From: an uncultured archaeon
GTDB lineage: Archaea > Aenigmatarchaeota > Aenigmatarchaeia > PWEA01 > JAGHBM01
Reading direction: 5' to 3'
Length of the DNA: 64,000 bases
Assembly: GCA_964584335.1 (NCBI GenBank)
Contig: CAZOZN010000003.1
Coordinates: 118,929-182,928 of the forward strand
The position numbers and the translations under genes are program-made. This document shows, piece by piece, positions 19,350 through 29,210 of the stretch (its first letter is position 1; every line of letters starts with the position of its first letter). The notes under the pieces were generated by a model that saw nothing but the letters and a program-made list of their open reading frames with translations, was not told where the DNA came from and did not search any database.

Positions 19350-20150
19350 TCATATGTTGCTCAAAGCTCTAAGTATAGTCCTTGCTGCAAGACTTGCAGT
19401 AGGGTTGTTTATTTTCCTTGAAGAAATCTCCATTATATCCATTCCTATAACTTTTTTCTTAAATACACTATCTATTATCTTGAAGACTTCCTCCGGCTTC
19501 ATTCCCTTTGGTTCCCTATAACCAGTGTCCGGTGCGTATGCTGGGTCAAAAACATCCATATCTATTGTTATGTATACAGGCCCTTCGAGATTTTTTAGGT
19601 CATTTTTTATATTAAGTTTTTTATGCATTTTTTCTTCTTGTTCATCCCAGCATCTTATTCCCATCTGGACTATTTTAAAACCTTTGTTTGATGCGTAGTA
19701 AGCCCATGTATTATGTGCATATTTTTCTTTATCCCCTCTTACTAAGTCCATATGAGCATCAAGCTGTATTATTGTCTTTGGTTTTAAGTATTCTACTATG
19801 GGTAGTGTAGTTAGATGTTCTCCGCCCACAAATACTGGGAATATATTTTTGTTTTTTTTCTTTATAGAATCCAGAGTGTCTTTTATCCTGAAGGAAGTTT
19901 CTTCGTAGTCTCCAAGAACGACATCTATATCTCCAATATCACATATTTTTAGTTCTTTGAATGGGTTTTTTCTTTTTTCTGGAATGTATGTTACTATGTT
20001 TTTTAATGCTTCTCTTACGAGAACAGGACCAAATCTTTGATTGCTTACAGCACCTGCTGTAGAGTCAAATGGTATTCCAATAAAACATACATCCGCATCC
20101 TTTAACGGATATTCGGGGACAAAACTTTTGCTAGTATATAATAAATCCAT
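19350..20150 (-). CDS. speB: agmatinase (arginase family)
   Basis: GGEH, DAHMD, DMDVFDP; start moved to MDLLY; follows aIF5A. Confidence 0.85.
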   Translation of the reverse strand: MDLLYTSKSFVPEYPLKDADVCFIGIPFDSTAGAVSNQRFGPVLVREALKNIVTYIPEKRKNPFKELKICDIGDIDVVLGDYEETSFRIKDTLDSIKKKNKNIFPVFVGGEHLTTLPIVEYLKPKTIIQLDAHMDLVRGDKEKYAHNTWAYYASNKGFKIVQMGIRCWDEQEEKMHKKLNIKNDLKNLEGPVYITIDMDVFDPAYAPDTGYREPKGMKPEEVFKIIDSVFKKKVIGMDIMEISSRKINNPTASLAARTILRALSNI

Positions 20151-20191
20151 AAGAAAAAGTAATAATGTTAAAAATAAAAAGTTTTGTGGGA

Positions 20192-20572
20192 TTAACCCAC
20201 CAAAATCTTCTTTCCCATAACTTTCCAATATACAATTTCTTTACCTTCTTCTAGATTTCCTTCAAGTTCTTCGGGAACAGTACATTCAAATGTATCATAA
20301 TCTTCCATGTCCATCAACTGAACTGAGTTTCCTGAAAGCGATAGAACTTGAGCTCTTTGTTTTTCTATTATTGGAACATCTACAGTAGAGCCACCGGGTT
20401 TTACTATTTCTCTTCTCTTGTTATCTATGAGCCCAACAGCTTCAACTCTTGCCTTGGCACCCCCGTGCTTTCCTGGCTTTGAAGTTGATATCTTTAATAC
20501 TTTGCAGGGTTCGTTGTCAATTATAACATATTTCCCAGGTTTTAAACTTTTTATTCCAGCTTGTGTCTTCAA
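20192..20572 (-). CDS. eif5a: translation factor aIF5A
   Basis: SKPGKHGGAK hypusine site; TTG start with AGGTGA SD. Confidence 0.95.
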   Translation of the reverse strand: MKTQAGIKSLKPGKYVIIDNEPCKVLKISTSKPGKHGGAKARVEAVGLIDNKRREIVKPGGSTVDVPIIEKQRAQVLSLSGNSVQLMDMEDYDTFECTVPEELEGNLEEGKEIVYWKVMGKKILVG

Positions 20573-20582
20573 AATTAATCAC

Positions 20583-20786
20583 CTATTTGCTAACAAGTTT
20601 TATATCCCTTGCTTTTACAGTTTTTCTGCCGGCATGCCTGGTTGCTACAACAGCATCTTTAGCTAAGTCATCGGCTATATCTTCTACTATTTCTCTTAGC
20701 TCCTCGACCGCTTTATCAGACATCCTTTCAACTCCTGCTTTTTTTGCAATTCTTTTTAAAGGAGCCAAAGGTAAATTAGCCATCAT
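20583..20786 (-). CDS. archaeal histone (HMf-like)
   Basis: [25 protein letters not shown]. Confidence 0.93.
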   Translation of the reverse strand: MMANLPLAPLKRIAKKAGVERMSDKAVEELREIVEDIADDLAKDAVVATRHAGRKTVKARDIKLVSK

Positions 20787-20819
20787 ATCACCTCTAAGTT
20801 TCTTATATTTTATTAATAT

Positions 20820-22004
20820 TTAAAACAGTTTTTTTGCAATCTTCAATAATCTCGGTTTTTTAATAAGTATCCTTCCAAGTTTTAAAAGTTTTTTCCCTCT
20901 TGTAAATTCTACTATATCCTCCCCGTCAAGCACTTTTGATAAGTAGTTAAAGTCATCATCAGATAGCTTTTCAACAACTTCTCTAAGTCTCTGAACTTTT
21001 TCAAGTGCTAGACCCCTTTTCGACCACCAAATATTATTATATTCTGATAGGTTATCTTTTGAGAAGTCGTTGTCCTTTAAAGCTTTTATTATAACATCTC
21101 CTGCTATTTGGCCTGCAATCGTTGCTTCTTTCAATCCGCCACCGTGTATTGGATTTACTTGATGTGCAGCGTCTCCCACAGCAATGAATCCGTTCAGTAC
21201 CATATTATTCAGGAAGCCTCCTACAGGTATACCACCAGAATTAACTTCTATTATGCTTGAATTCTTGAATATCTTTGGGTTTTTTTCTATGAACTTATCA
21301 AGATAGTATTTTGCAGTTTTGTTTGCCATTCCTATTCCAATACCAACATTTGCTATATGGTCTCCTTTAGGGAATATCCAAACGTAACCTCTTGGAGCTA
21401 TCTCATTGCCCATGTATATTTCAATATTTTCATTATTGTTTAGTTTGAGATTGGACATCTCATATTGAAATCCAGAATCAACATTAATTAGTTGGTTTGT
21501 GGTATCTAATCCTGCTTTTCTGGATATTATTGATTCTACTCCGTCAGCAGCAACGACTATCTTTGATTTTACTTCCTTTTCCTCTCCTTCAAATTCGACA
21601 ACAACACCTTTTATGTAATCATTTTTCTTTATTACATCTTTTACTTCTGTTTTTGCCTGAACGTATACACCCGCTTTCGATGCTCTGTAAGCTAACCATT
21701 TATCAAATACCTTTCTCTCAAGAACATATCCTCCATGGTCTCCAAAATCTATATCAACCGCATTCCCGTTCGGTGCGTAAACTACAGCTCCTTTTATGGT
21801 CTGTGCCACGCACCTTTTATCTATTTCTCCCAACAATTTTTCTGTTGAGAATGTCAGTCCTTCTGCGCACCTTTTTGGTGAACCTATCTCTTGTTTTTTC
21901 TCTAACATCAATACTTTAAAACCTGACTCTGCACATTTTTTTGCAACTGCGGAACCTCCGGGACCTGCGCCTACTACAACAACATCGTAACTACTATCCA
22001 TCAT
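20820..22004 (-). CDS. digeranylgeranylglycerophospholipid reductase (GGR family)
   Basis: GAGPGG, PKRCAEG, GYVWIFPK, GDAAHQVNPIHGGG. Confidence 0.88.
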   Translation of the reverse strand: MMDSSYDVVVVGAGPGGSAVAKKCAESGFKVLMLEKKQEIGSPKRCAEGLTFSTEKLLGEIDKRCVAQTIKGAVVYAPNGNAVDIDFGDHGGYVLERKVFDKWLAYRASKAGVYVQAKTEVKDVIKKNDYIKGVVVEFEGEEKEVKSKIVVAADGVESIISRKAGLDTTNQLINVDSGFQYEMSNLKLNNNENIEIYMGNEIAPRGYVWIFPKGDHIANVGIGIGMANKTAKYYLDKFIEKNPKIFKNSSIIEVNSGGIPVGGFLNNMVLNGFIAVGDAAHQVNPIHGGGLKEATIAGQIAGDVIIKALKDNDFSKDNLSEYNNIWWSKRGLALEKVQRLREVVEKLSDDDFNYLSKVLDGEDIVEFTRGKKLLKLGRILIKKPRLLKIAKKLF

Positions 22005-22010
22005 TATAAA

Positions 22011-22193
22011 TCACTTTTTAACTTTTATGGCGCCAACCGGGCATACTTTTTCACAAAGTCCACATTCTATGCAAAGTTTCTTGTCATGCGATAAACCTGA
22101 CTCTTTTAATTCTAATGCTCTTTTTGGACAAACACCGACACATGCCCCGCATCTCAGACACTTACTTCTGTCTATTTCCCACATACCTATCAA
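22011..22193 (-). CDS. 2[4Fe-4S] ferredoxin
   Basis: Two CxxCxxCxxxCP motifs. Confidence 0.92.
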   Translation of the reverse strand: MIGMWEIDRSKCLRCGACVGVCPKRALELKESGLSHDKKLCIECGLCEKVCPVGAIKVKK

Positions 22194-22241
22194 CCATATT
22201 TTTTTATTAATTTATTTAAATTTAAATTGATTTCTAAACTT

Positions 22242-23549
22242 TTAAGGAGTTAATCTTTCTGTATCTCTTGGAAATAGAACAGCTTCTCTTATGTTCTTTA
22301 AATCTAAAATATACATAACAAATCTATCAATTCCAAGGCCGAATCCACCATGAGGAGGAGCACCGAATCTGAAAGGGTATGTATAATATTCAAAATCCTT
22401 CACATTCAGATTTTTTTCTTTTATTTGTTTTATTAGCTCTTTGTACCTATGTTCCCTTTGACTCCCGCTTGTCAATTCCTGTCCCTTATATTCTAAGTCG
22501 GCGCCTCTTCCACATTTCCCATCTCTCATCCAATAGAATTTGCATACTTCAAGATTCCATGGAAATTTTGTAATAAAATAGAAATCGGAACTGTATTTTT
22601 CTTTTATTATTTTACCCAATTTCTTTTCCTCTTTTATTCCTATGTCTTCACCTTCTTTTACATCTTCACCTGCTTCCTTTAAAAATTCCAAGGCTTCTTC
22701 ATAACTTACTCTTGGAAAGGGTGTTTTTGGAGTCTCAATTTTTATATCTAATTTTTCTAGTTCTTTTTTGCAATTTTTGTTTATTTCTTTTATAACATGA
22801 CTTACAAGATTCTCCTGTACTTCTAGAATATCTCCTTCGTCTTCTATAAAGGCTAATTCTACATCAAGCTGTGTAAATTCTGATATATGCCTTCTTGTAT
22901 GTGACTTTTCTGCCCTGAAACTCGGACCAATTTCATATACCCTATCAAATCCTGCTATTAACATTGTTTGTTTGTAAAGCTGTTGGCTTTGTGATAGGTA
23001 TGCCTTTTTACCAAAATAATCAAGATTAAAAAGACTTGAACCCCCTTCTGCTCCCGCACCCACAATTTTAGGTGTTTGCATTTCGATAAAATTGTTTTTT
23101 TCTAAATATTCTCTGATAGCTGTGCATATTTTGTCCCTTATTTTGAAAATTGCGGCAATCTTGGGATTCCTCAAATCAATGAATCTATTGTCCAGTCTTT
23201 TGTCAAGGTTAGTTTCTATTTTACCGGAGAAATCTATTGGAAGTGGAGTTTCTGCTTCTGAGAGCACCTTGAGTTTTTTTGGTATTATTTCTATCCCGCC
23301 TGGAGCTTCCTTGTTTGTTTTCACTTCTCCACATATTTCTAAAACACTTTCTCTGTTTATGTTTTCTATTTTTTCCAGTATCTCTTTTTTAACTTCTCCT
23401 TTTTTGATTATTACCTGGGCTTCTCCGGACACGTCTCTAATTATTAGAAAGTTTAGCTTCCCAAATTTTCTTATTTCTCTTACCCATCCTGATATCTTTA
23501 CTTCTGTTTTATTCTTTTTGGGAATATCCCCGTTAAGAATTCTTCTCAA
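22242..23549 (-). CDS. aspS: aspartate--tRNA ligase (archaeal type)
   Basis: QLYKQ, FRAEKSHTRRH, ELTSGSQR, PPHGGFGLG. Confidence 0.93.
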   Translation of the reverse strand: MRRILNGDIPKKNKTEVKISGWVREIRKFGKLNFLIIRDVSGEAQVIIKKGEVKKEILEKIENINRESVLEICGEVKTNKEAPGGIEIIPKKLKVLSEAETPLPIDFSGKIETNLDKRLDNRFIDLRNPKIAAIFKIRDKICTAIREYLEKNNFIEMQTPKIVGAGAEGGSSLFNLDYFGKKAYLSQSQQLYKQTMLIAGFDRVYEIGPSFRAEKSHTRRHISEFTQLDVELAFIEDEGDILEVQENLVSHVIKEINKNCKKELEKLDIKIETPKTPFPRVSYEEALEFLKEAGEDVKEGEDIGIKEEKKLGKIIKEKYSSDFYFITKFPWNLEVCKFYWMRDGKCGRGADLEYKGQELTSGSQREHRYKELIKQIKEKNLNVKDFEYYTYPFRFGAPPHGGFGLGIDRFVMYILDLKNIREAVLFPRDTERLTP

Positions 23550-23551
23550 GT

Positions 23552-23800
23552 TTACACCCCTAAATTATATAAAATAGTCCAAGAAACTACCCATATTATT
23601 ATGTATACAAAGCCTCCGTTTCCAAACCACCATTTGGCTTTTTCTTCTCCCCACATCTTGCCTAGTATTTTTGGAAGGATAAATAATATCAATATTGCTA
23701 TGGCCAGTCCAATTCTACTGTCTTTTATAATTGATGATAATACCCCTGTGAAAATTCCTGCTACAATATAGGTTGAAAATGACTTATTTTCCTTTTTCAT
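23552..23800 (-). CDS. small membrane protein
   Basis: 3 TM segments. Confidence 0.6.
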   Translation of the reverse strand: MKKENKSFSTYIVAGIFTGVLSSIIKDSRIGLAIAILILFILPKILGKMWGEEKAKWWFGNGGFVYIIIWVVSWTILYNLGV

Positions 23801-23832
23801 AAGACAATTTATTTAAATAATCATTTAAATAT

Positions 23833-24399
23833 ATGACTTGCATGAATGGTAAAAAACTGGTTTTTGTTTGTGTATTTTTTGTAATGTTCTTTGTTTTTTC
23901 ATATTCAGCGGAAGCTTCATATGACGATATAGTTACTTTGACTGTTGGTGAAATGGGTGGTACATGGATTGAGGTTGATAGTGACAGCAATAAAATGGAC
24001 GTTTTAGAATTGGAGGGTTCTGTTCGCGGAGTTCCGTATTACGAGGACTGGACAAAGTTCTCTTTTACTTGTACAGAGAGCGTGGGTTTCTGTGATGACA
24101 TGCTAGATAGCAGGAGAAAGTATATCAGGGAGATACAATTAACCCCTGACGTGAATAAAACAAGGTTTTATGTTAATATAGTTGGTTACAAGTTGTCTCC
24201 GCTTGGTTTTACAAATATAACCATAGATAAATATTCCGTTGTTAATGAAAGCAGGCCCGTAGAAACCATAAACATAGGTTTAGTTGTTAACTCTTCACCA
24301 GGTTCTTTTGAGCCCTCAGAACTTGCTGGAATAGAAATATATTATTTACCCATTATGTTATTTTTTTCATTACTGTTTTTTTACAGAAAACTGGCTTAA
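23833..24399 (+). CDS. hypothetical membrane-anchored secreted protein
   Basis: Signal peptide and C-terminal TM. Confidence 0.55.
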   Translation: MTCMNGKKLVFVCVFFVMFFVFSYSAEASYDDIVTLTVGEMGGTWIEVDSDSNKMDVLELEGSVRGVPYYEDWTKFSFTCTESVGFCDDMLDSRRKYIREIQLTPDVNKTRFYVNIVGYKLSPLGFTNITIDKYSVVNESRPVETINIGLVVNSSPGSFEPSELAGIEIYYLPIMLFFSLLFFYRKLA

Positions 24400-25056
24400 A
24401 CTGCTTTGATTTTTTTCTCCTTTAACTCTTTTTGAAGTTGACCAGCTCTTTCTTACAAATTCCGGGTACTCACCGAATTTTTTGAGTATTCTCTTTAGAA
24501 AATCTATTGTTCTATCGTCTGAAGGATAACCCGCTCCTATCTCCTCTCCGAGCTTTTTTTCCAGATTTTTTATTGAAAGGTCTCTAACTACTTTAGCTAG
24601 AATGCTGGCAGAAGAAACAGTCGGGTATTTACTATCAGCATAATTCTCTGATATAATTTCTATTTTCAAATCCCCTATTTTGCCCATGATTTCGTTCTTT
24701 ATTTTTTTGGTGTTCGCCTCGGGAGAATCCACAATAACCTTGTCGGGTTTCATAGTTTTTATGATAGAAGACATGTGGTCTATCTCAAGCCTGTTTAAGT
24801 TTGTTCCCTGTGCCCTTGATTCGTCTATTTTTTTTGCTGGTATTTTTATTACTACAAAATCTAAAGCAAGCTCCTTTATCTTCTTTTCCAGTTCCTCTCT
24901 TCTAGCAGGTGAAAGCTCTTTGCTGTCTCTGACTTCAAGTGCCTTGAGCTTCGGAATATCGTGCTCGTTAAACATCGCACCTGCTATTACAAGAGGGCCC
25001 ACTACTGCTCCTCTTCCAGCTTCATCTATACCGAGTATTTTTTTCATTTTTATCAA
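24370..25056 (-). CDS. rnhB: ribonuclease HII
   Basis: GIDEAGRG, DSK, ASILAKV, GYPSD, C-terminal PIP box QSSLSQF. Confidence 0.95.
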   Translation of the reverse strand: MIKMKKILGIDEAGRGAVVGPLVIAGAMFNEHDIPKLKALEVRDSKELSPARREELEKKIKELALDFVVIKIPAKKIDESRAQGTNLNRLEIDHMSSIIKTMKPDKVIVDSPEANTKKIKNEIMGKIGDLKIEIISENYADSKYPTVSSASILAKVVRDLSIKNLEKKLGEEIGAGYPSDDRTIDFLKRILKKFGEYPEFVRKSWSTSKRVKGEKNQSSLSQFSVKKQ

Positions 25057-25186
25057 TTATATATTATTATTCTGTTTATTCATAAGTTTAGAAATACCAT
25101 AAAAACCAATTTCCGTATTTTTTTATTTTTTTGTGTAAAAATTATGCTTGTCAAATAATATATAATTGAGGTTTCTTTATTCTTAC

Positions 25187-25396
25187 ATGAAGGAAAAATA
25201 CCTAGAGGAATTGGGTTTTTGCATGAAGCTCTGGGAAGAGAAAGGTGGTTGTGAATTCGGTGGAGGGACTAAGTGCGAGAAATGTGCGGTTCCCTATCTC
25301 CTGCTTAAATTAATTTCAGGAGAAATTTTGCACGGCGACATGAAAAGGCTCACTCTGGAAGACTGGAAAGAAAAAATCAGTTCTTTAAAAGATTAA
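25187..25396 (+). CDS. small Cys-rich conserved hypothetical protein
   Basis: C-x9-C...CEKC; start moved to MKEKY. Confidence 0.55.
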   Translation: MKEKYLEELGFCMKLWEEKGGCEFGGGTKCEKCAVPYLLLKLISGEILHGDMKRLTLEDWKEKISSLKD

Positions 25397-25401
25397 ATTT
25401 T

Positions 25402-25584
25402 TTATTTTATTCTGTAAAATATTATTATAAAAGATATTGTTCCAATCAGAAGGCCCGCTGGAATACCAACAAAAACAGAGAAACCCACATCGTTTCTTAG
25501 CATTTCCGTTACTGATATCATAGTGATTAGAAATATTAAAACCGGAATGATTATCAATAATAATATTTTTTTCATTTTTATCAC
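25402..25584 (-). CDS. small 2-TM membrane protein
   Basis: Hydrophobic ORF; start overlaps upstream stop. Confidence 0.5.
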   Translation of the reverse strand: MIKMKKILLLIIIPVLIFLITMISVTEMLRNDVGFSVFVGIPAGLLIGTISFIIIFYRIK

Positions 25585-26387
25585 TTTTTTGCAACAGCGT
25601 AGGAGTCCCTGACTTGACGTTCAATTTCAGAGAATCCTGCCTTTTTAATCCTCTTTATGACTTCTGCTCCAAAATCTCTCCCTCTTTTTATGTGATGTTT
25701 AGGAAGGTAATGGTATATTTTGCCTCCTTTTCTTATAATCCTAAAGGCCTCTTTATAATTTCTGAGCGAAAAAAATTCACCGGAAGACTTTGGTGTGCCC
25801 GGGTCGAATATTGCGTAGTCAAATTCATCTTTTCTCATTTTTTTCATTTCCTTTGTTATGTCCCCTATTTTTAGTTTAATATTTTTTTTACGGAACAACT
25901 TCTTTGAGTATGGATTTAACTTTGCTATTTCTATTACGTTTTTATCAATTTCAAATGTAAAGACTTCTTTGGCTGTTCTTGATGCTGCTATGGCAGTATA
26001 ACCCAGTCCAGTTCCAGAATCAATAACCTTCCCTCTTAGTTTTTCTTTTTCAATTCTTTCTACAAAGGCTTTTTTGTGCATTGATGTGCCAGATATTTGT
26101 AGTATTGGTCTGTAACTTGTAGGCACCAACTTGTAAAGGGATTTAGTATCGTCTGAGAAGTACTGTACTTTTTCTATCTTTCCGTTTACAGGAATATAAC
26201 AACTCTTGTCATCTTTTCTTATTTTCTTGGTCTTTATTTTATTTTCCCCTATTATGAACCCTTCTTTTAATAAACTAATTCTTGTCTTGGTTTTACCTAA
26301 ATCGAGTGAGACTTCTAAACTATTATATTCCTTTTTAATGTTTTCGTTTATCTTTCTGATTGTCTTTGAACTCAAAATTGGTATCAT
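25581..26387 (-). CDS. class I SAM-dependent methyltransferase
   Basis: DSGTGLGYTA, FEID, FDP. Confidence 0.8.
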   Translation of the reverse strand: MIPILSSKTIRKINENIKKEYNSLEVSLDLGKTKTRISLLKEGFIIGENKIKTKKIRKDDKSCYIPVNGKIEKVQYFSDDTKSLYKLVPTSYRPILQISGTSMHKKAFVERIEKEKLRGKVIDSGTGLGYTAIAASRTAKEVFTFEIDKNVIEIAKLNPYSKKLFRKKNIKLKIGDITKEMKKMRKDEFDYAIFDPGTPKSSGEFFSLRNYKEAFRIIRKGGKIYHYLPKHHIKRGRDFGAEVIKRIKKAGFSEIERQVRDSYAVAKK

Positions 26388-26408
26388 AAAAATCTCTTTA
26401 TAGTTATC

Positions 26409-26750
26409 CTAGTAAATTAAGGCACCTAAAATTACAAATGTATATGAAAATACCCAGGCCATGTTACAAACTACTATCAGTTTATCCTTGTGGGATAGGC
26501 CATACAAAACCCATAATATAGCAGGGAAGAGGAATAGAAACCAAGATGATAAGGCTATTGATGAAGCGTTTTTTTCTAGATATATTTTCAATATTTGAGG
26601 TATCATCATAAAAGGCCCCAACAATGCTACAGGGTACATTATTTTATCGAGAAAACATTTCCACTTATCGGGATGGGGATATTTTTCGTGTTTTAAATGT
26701 ATTCTTTTTCTTTTATGAAGATGATGATTTCCGTCGTTAAAGTGAACCAT
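26409..26750 (-). CDS. PQ-loop/SemiSWEET-like transporter
   Basis: IPQILKI, 3 TM, His-rich N-terminus. Confidence 0.7.
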   Translation of the reverse strand: MVHFNDGNHHLHKRKRIHLKHEKYPHPDKWKCFLDKIMYPVALLGPFMMIPQILKIYLEKNASSIALSSWFLFLFPAILWVLYGLSHKDKLIVVCNMAWVFSYTFVILGALIY

Positions 26751-26801
26751 AATTAAACTCTTTTTGTTTTGTTTATAATACTAACGTTTTTTTATATCAG
26801 T

Positions 26802-28418
26802 CTATTTTTCTAATTTTTCAACTATTTCATCCAGGTCTTTTTCTCTAATAGTATTTTCATCTGATATTTCTTCTATCATTTCTCTTAGCTTGGTGTCGTT
26901 TATTATTTTTTTGTAAGGCATTCTAACTTCTCTATGAACTAGTACGGGAAGACAGTACTCATTGCTTCTAAATTCAGTCAAACCGAAACCCTCTGCCTCG
27001 ACCTTGGGCATCTTATCATAAGAGACTTCCAATTCAACAGGTTTATAACCAGCGTTGATGTAAGCTATTTGTTTTGAACCGTTTGTAGTTCTTTGTATAG
27101 GAACAAATATTGATACGTTTCTTTTTAAGTCAGGGTCTTCTTCGGAATTTTTTATCCATCTTTTTGCATTTTTTATAGGTTCCTGCACATCCTCCTCTTC
27201 ATATTCCAAGTGTATAGAATCTTTTGAGATTAGTGAAAGACCTTTAAGTATTGATTTAATTTCTTTGAAATCTTCTTTTATTTTATTTTTGGATTTTTTT
27301 TCTCTGCTAATCATTCTCTTTCTTTCCATTACTTCTGGTACATAATTCTCTATTGTTTTTTCTATAAAGTTTATGTTTTTCTCCATTCTCTCATAGGATG
27401 TTGATAAAGGTTCTACTTCTAGTTCAGGCCTTATTATTATTTTTGGTGTGTAGTTTGACATACTGCAACCTATAAGTGCTGTTCTAAAGTTGCTGTGGCC
27501 AACATGCGTATGTCTTGTTCCAGCCCACTGAGAAGTAAATTCGTTTTCTAACATATCTGAATATTTTTCGTTTACTATGTATTTTTCGTATTCTTCGCTA
27601 TCTTTTTTTATTAGAGGAATTATTTCATTCATCTGCCTTACGTAAAGACCGGATTTTTCATTAGGAGTAAAATCTACTTTTCCTTCTTTTATACCTTTTA
27701 CGAGAGCTTTGCCCAATCCTTCCGGAATGTCACTTTGAGATTTGTCTGAAAGTTCCATAAAGAATTCTTCGTCAGGAAGCTTTGAAGACGGGAATAGGCA
27801 GTCTTCTTCTTTAATTTCGCCTGTCATTTTAGAGTAAATTCCCTTTAAAGAATAATAAGTGTGTTTTAATTCCGGCGAAGAATCTATTTTCCGATGTAGA
27901 TCATGTATTATTTTTTTGTTTATTCTTTCATCTAAGTTTTCAACAACAAAGCTAGGTTCGCTACCAAGAATTTTTATCTGCTTGTATGCTGATTTCAATT
28001 CTTCAGTCCAGTCATAGAATGCCTGTGGGACCGACCAACTGGGTTCTCTTCTGGCTTTATGATGAATCAATGATGTATTTATATAATCTTTTGAATAACC
28101 ATCCGAAACTTTTTCTAATTTTGTTAAAAAATCCGGCCTTGATAAGTCATGTCCGTTTTCATTTATTCTTTCTTCAACTGCGGCATAAATACCATCGATG
28201 AAATTTTTTACTTTTGCATATCTTATCAGTGAAAGAGAAGGAATAACTTCGTCATATTTCATCATATCTGACGGATTTGTGTAAATCAATTCATCATTTT
28301 CATAGTAACCGCTGTGATTGATTTCTTCCGGTACCTCTGCAAGTATGGTTGCATTTCTTCCGTCAATTTTAATTTTTGTGCCATCAATTTTCCTTTCTAC
28401 TATTCCCTTACCTCTCAT
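26802..28418 (-). CDS. uncharacterised 538-aa protein
   Basis: Long ORF; motifs DGIYAAVE, TRHTH, LEVEP. Confidence 0.7.
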   Translation of the reverse strand: MRGKGIVERKIDGTKIKIDGRNATILAEVPEEINHSGYYENDELIYTNPSDMMKYDEVIPSLSLIRYAKVKNFIDGIYAAVEERINENGHDLSRPDFLTKLEKVSDGYSKDYINTSLIHHKARREPSWSVPQAFYDWTEELKSAYKQIKILGSEPSFVVENLDERINKKIIHDLHRKIDSSPELKHTYYSLKGIYSKMTGEIKEEDCLFPSSKLPDEEFFMELSDKSQSDIPEGLGKALVKGIKEGKVDFTPNEKSGLYVRQMNEIIPLIKKDSEEYEKYIVNEKYSDMLENEFTSQWAGTRHTHVGHSNFRTALIGCSMSNYTPKIIIRPELEVEPLSTSYERMEKNINFIEKTIENYVPEVMERKRMISREKKSKNKIKEDFKEIKSILKGLSLISKDSIHLEYEEEDVQEPIKNAKRWIKNSEEDPDLKRNVSIFVPIQRTTNGSKQIAYINAGYKPVELEVSYDKMPKVEAEGFGLTEFRSNEYCLPVLVHREVRMPYKKIINDTKLREMIEEISDENTIREKDLDEIVEKLEK

Positions 28419-28455
28419 AAATAGTAATTGATTGTAAAATTATTTAACTATAAAA

Positions 28456-28569
28456 TGGTAGCGGGGGGTGGATTTGAACCACCGACCTCAGGGTTATGAG
28501 CCCTGCGAGCATTCTGTTTACACCCAGGTTTTATGAACCAAGGAAGTCTCCAGGCTGCTCCACCCCGCT
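28456..28569 (-). tRNA. initiator tRNA-Met(CAU) with 36-nt D-loop intron (28512-28547), CCA encoded
   Basis: A1-U72 acceptor AGCGGGG, anticodon arm CAGGG-CTCATAA-CCCTG with three G-C pairs, T-loop GTTCAAATC, relaxed bulge-helix-bulge at the insertion. Confidence 0.92.
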
Positions 28570-28625
28570 ATTTAGATATACTGGGTACCCAATTAGAATA
28601 TATAACATATGAGCTTATTTATATC

Positions 28626-29159
28626 TTAATTAATCTCTTTAAGAATATATTTTTCTATGAATGTCTTGTTGGAAGGAGTCAATTTGTAAGGATTTTTTAG
28701 TAAAGTTTCTACCTCTTCAAGGTCAAAATACTTTATTTTTTCTATCTCTCCTTTGTCTATATTGAATTTTTCGATTGGCACGTCTTTCCTCAAAATGAAA
28801 ATTTTGCTGAACTTGTAGTTTTTTATATTATCTTCTAAATCAACTTTTAGTTTTTCATAACCAACTTCTTGGAATTCGTTTTTTTCTACTTTTAATCCTA
28901 ATTCTTCTTCTGTTTCCCTTTTTATCGCTTCTTTGTAATTCTGATTCTTTGGAAAGTGTCCTGCTGCTGATGAGTCCCAAATATGCCTGTCGGATCTTTT
29001 TTGTAGAAGCACTTCTTTTGATGAATTTATCAAGTAAACACAAGCTTCCCTATGAAGAAGGCCTTTCTTGTGGACTTCTTTTCTTGTTGCTCCTTTAACT
29101 ATGTTATCTTTTTCATCGACGACTGCAATGATTTCTGATGGGTCATGAGGTATCTTCAT
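28626..29159 (-). CDS. NUDIX hydrolase (IDI-1/YfcD-like)
   Basis: GLLHR, LLQKRS, AIKRETEEELG. Confidence 0.8.
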   Translation of the reverse strand: MKIPHDPSEIIAVVDEKDNIVKGATRKEVHKKGLLHREACVYLINSSKEVLLQKRSDRHIWDSSAAGHFPKNQNYKEAIKRETEEELGLKVEKNEFQEVGYEKLKVDLEDNIKNYKFSKIFILRKDVPIEKFNIDKGEIEKIKYFDLEEVETLLKNPYKLTPSNKTFIEKYILKEIN

Positions 29160-29210
29160 GTTATTAATTAAAAATAAATAATATTTAAGCTCTAAATTAA
29201 ATGTGTTTAA

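Noticed and set aside
20151-20228. N-terminal extension of agmatinase overlapping aIF5A
   Set aside because: Better explained by the internal start at 20150
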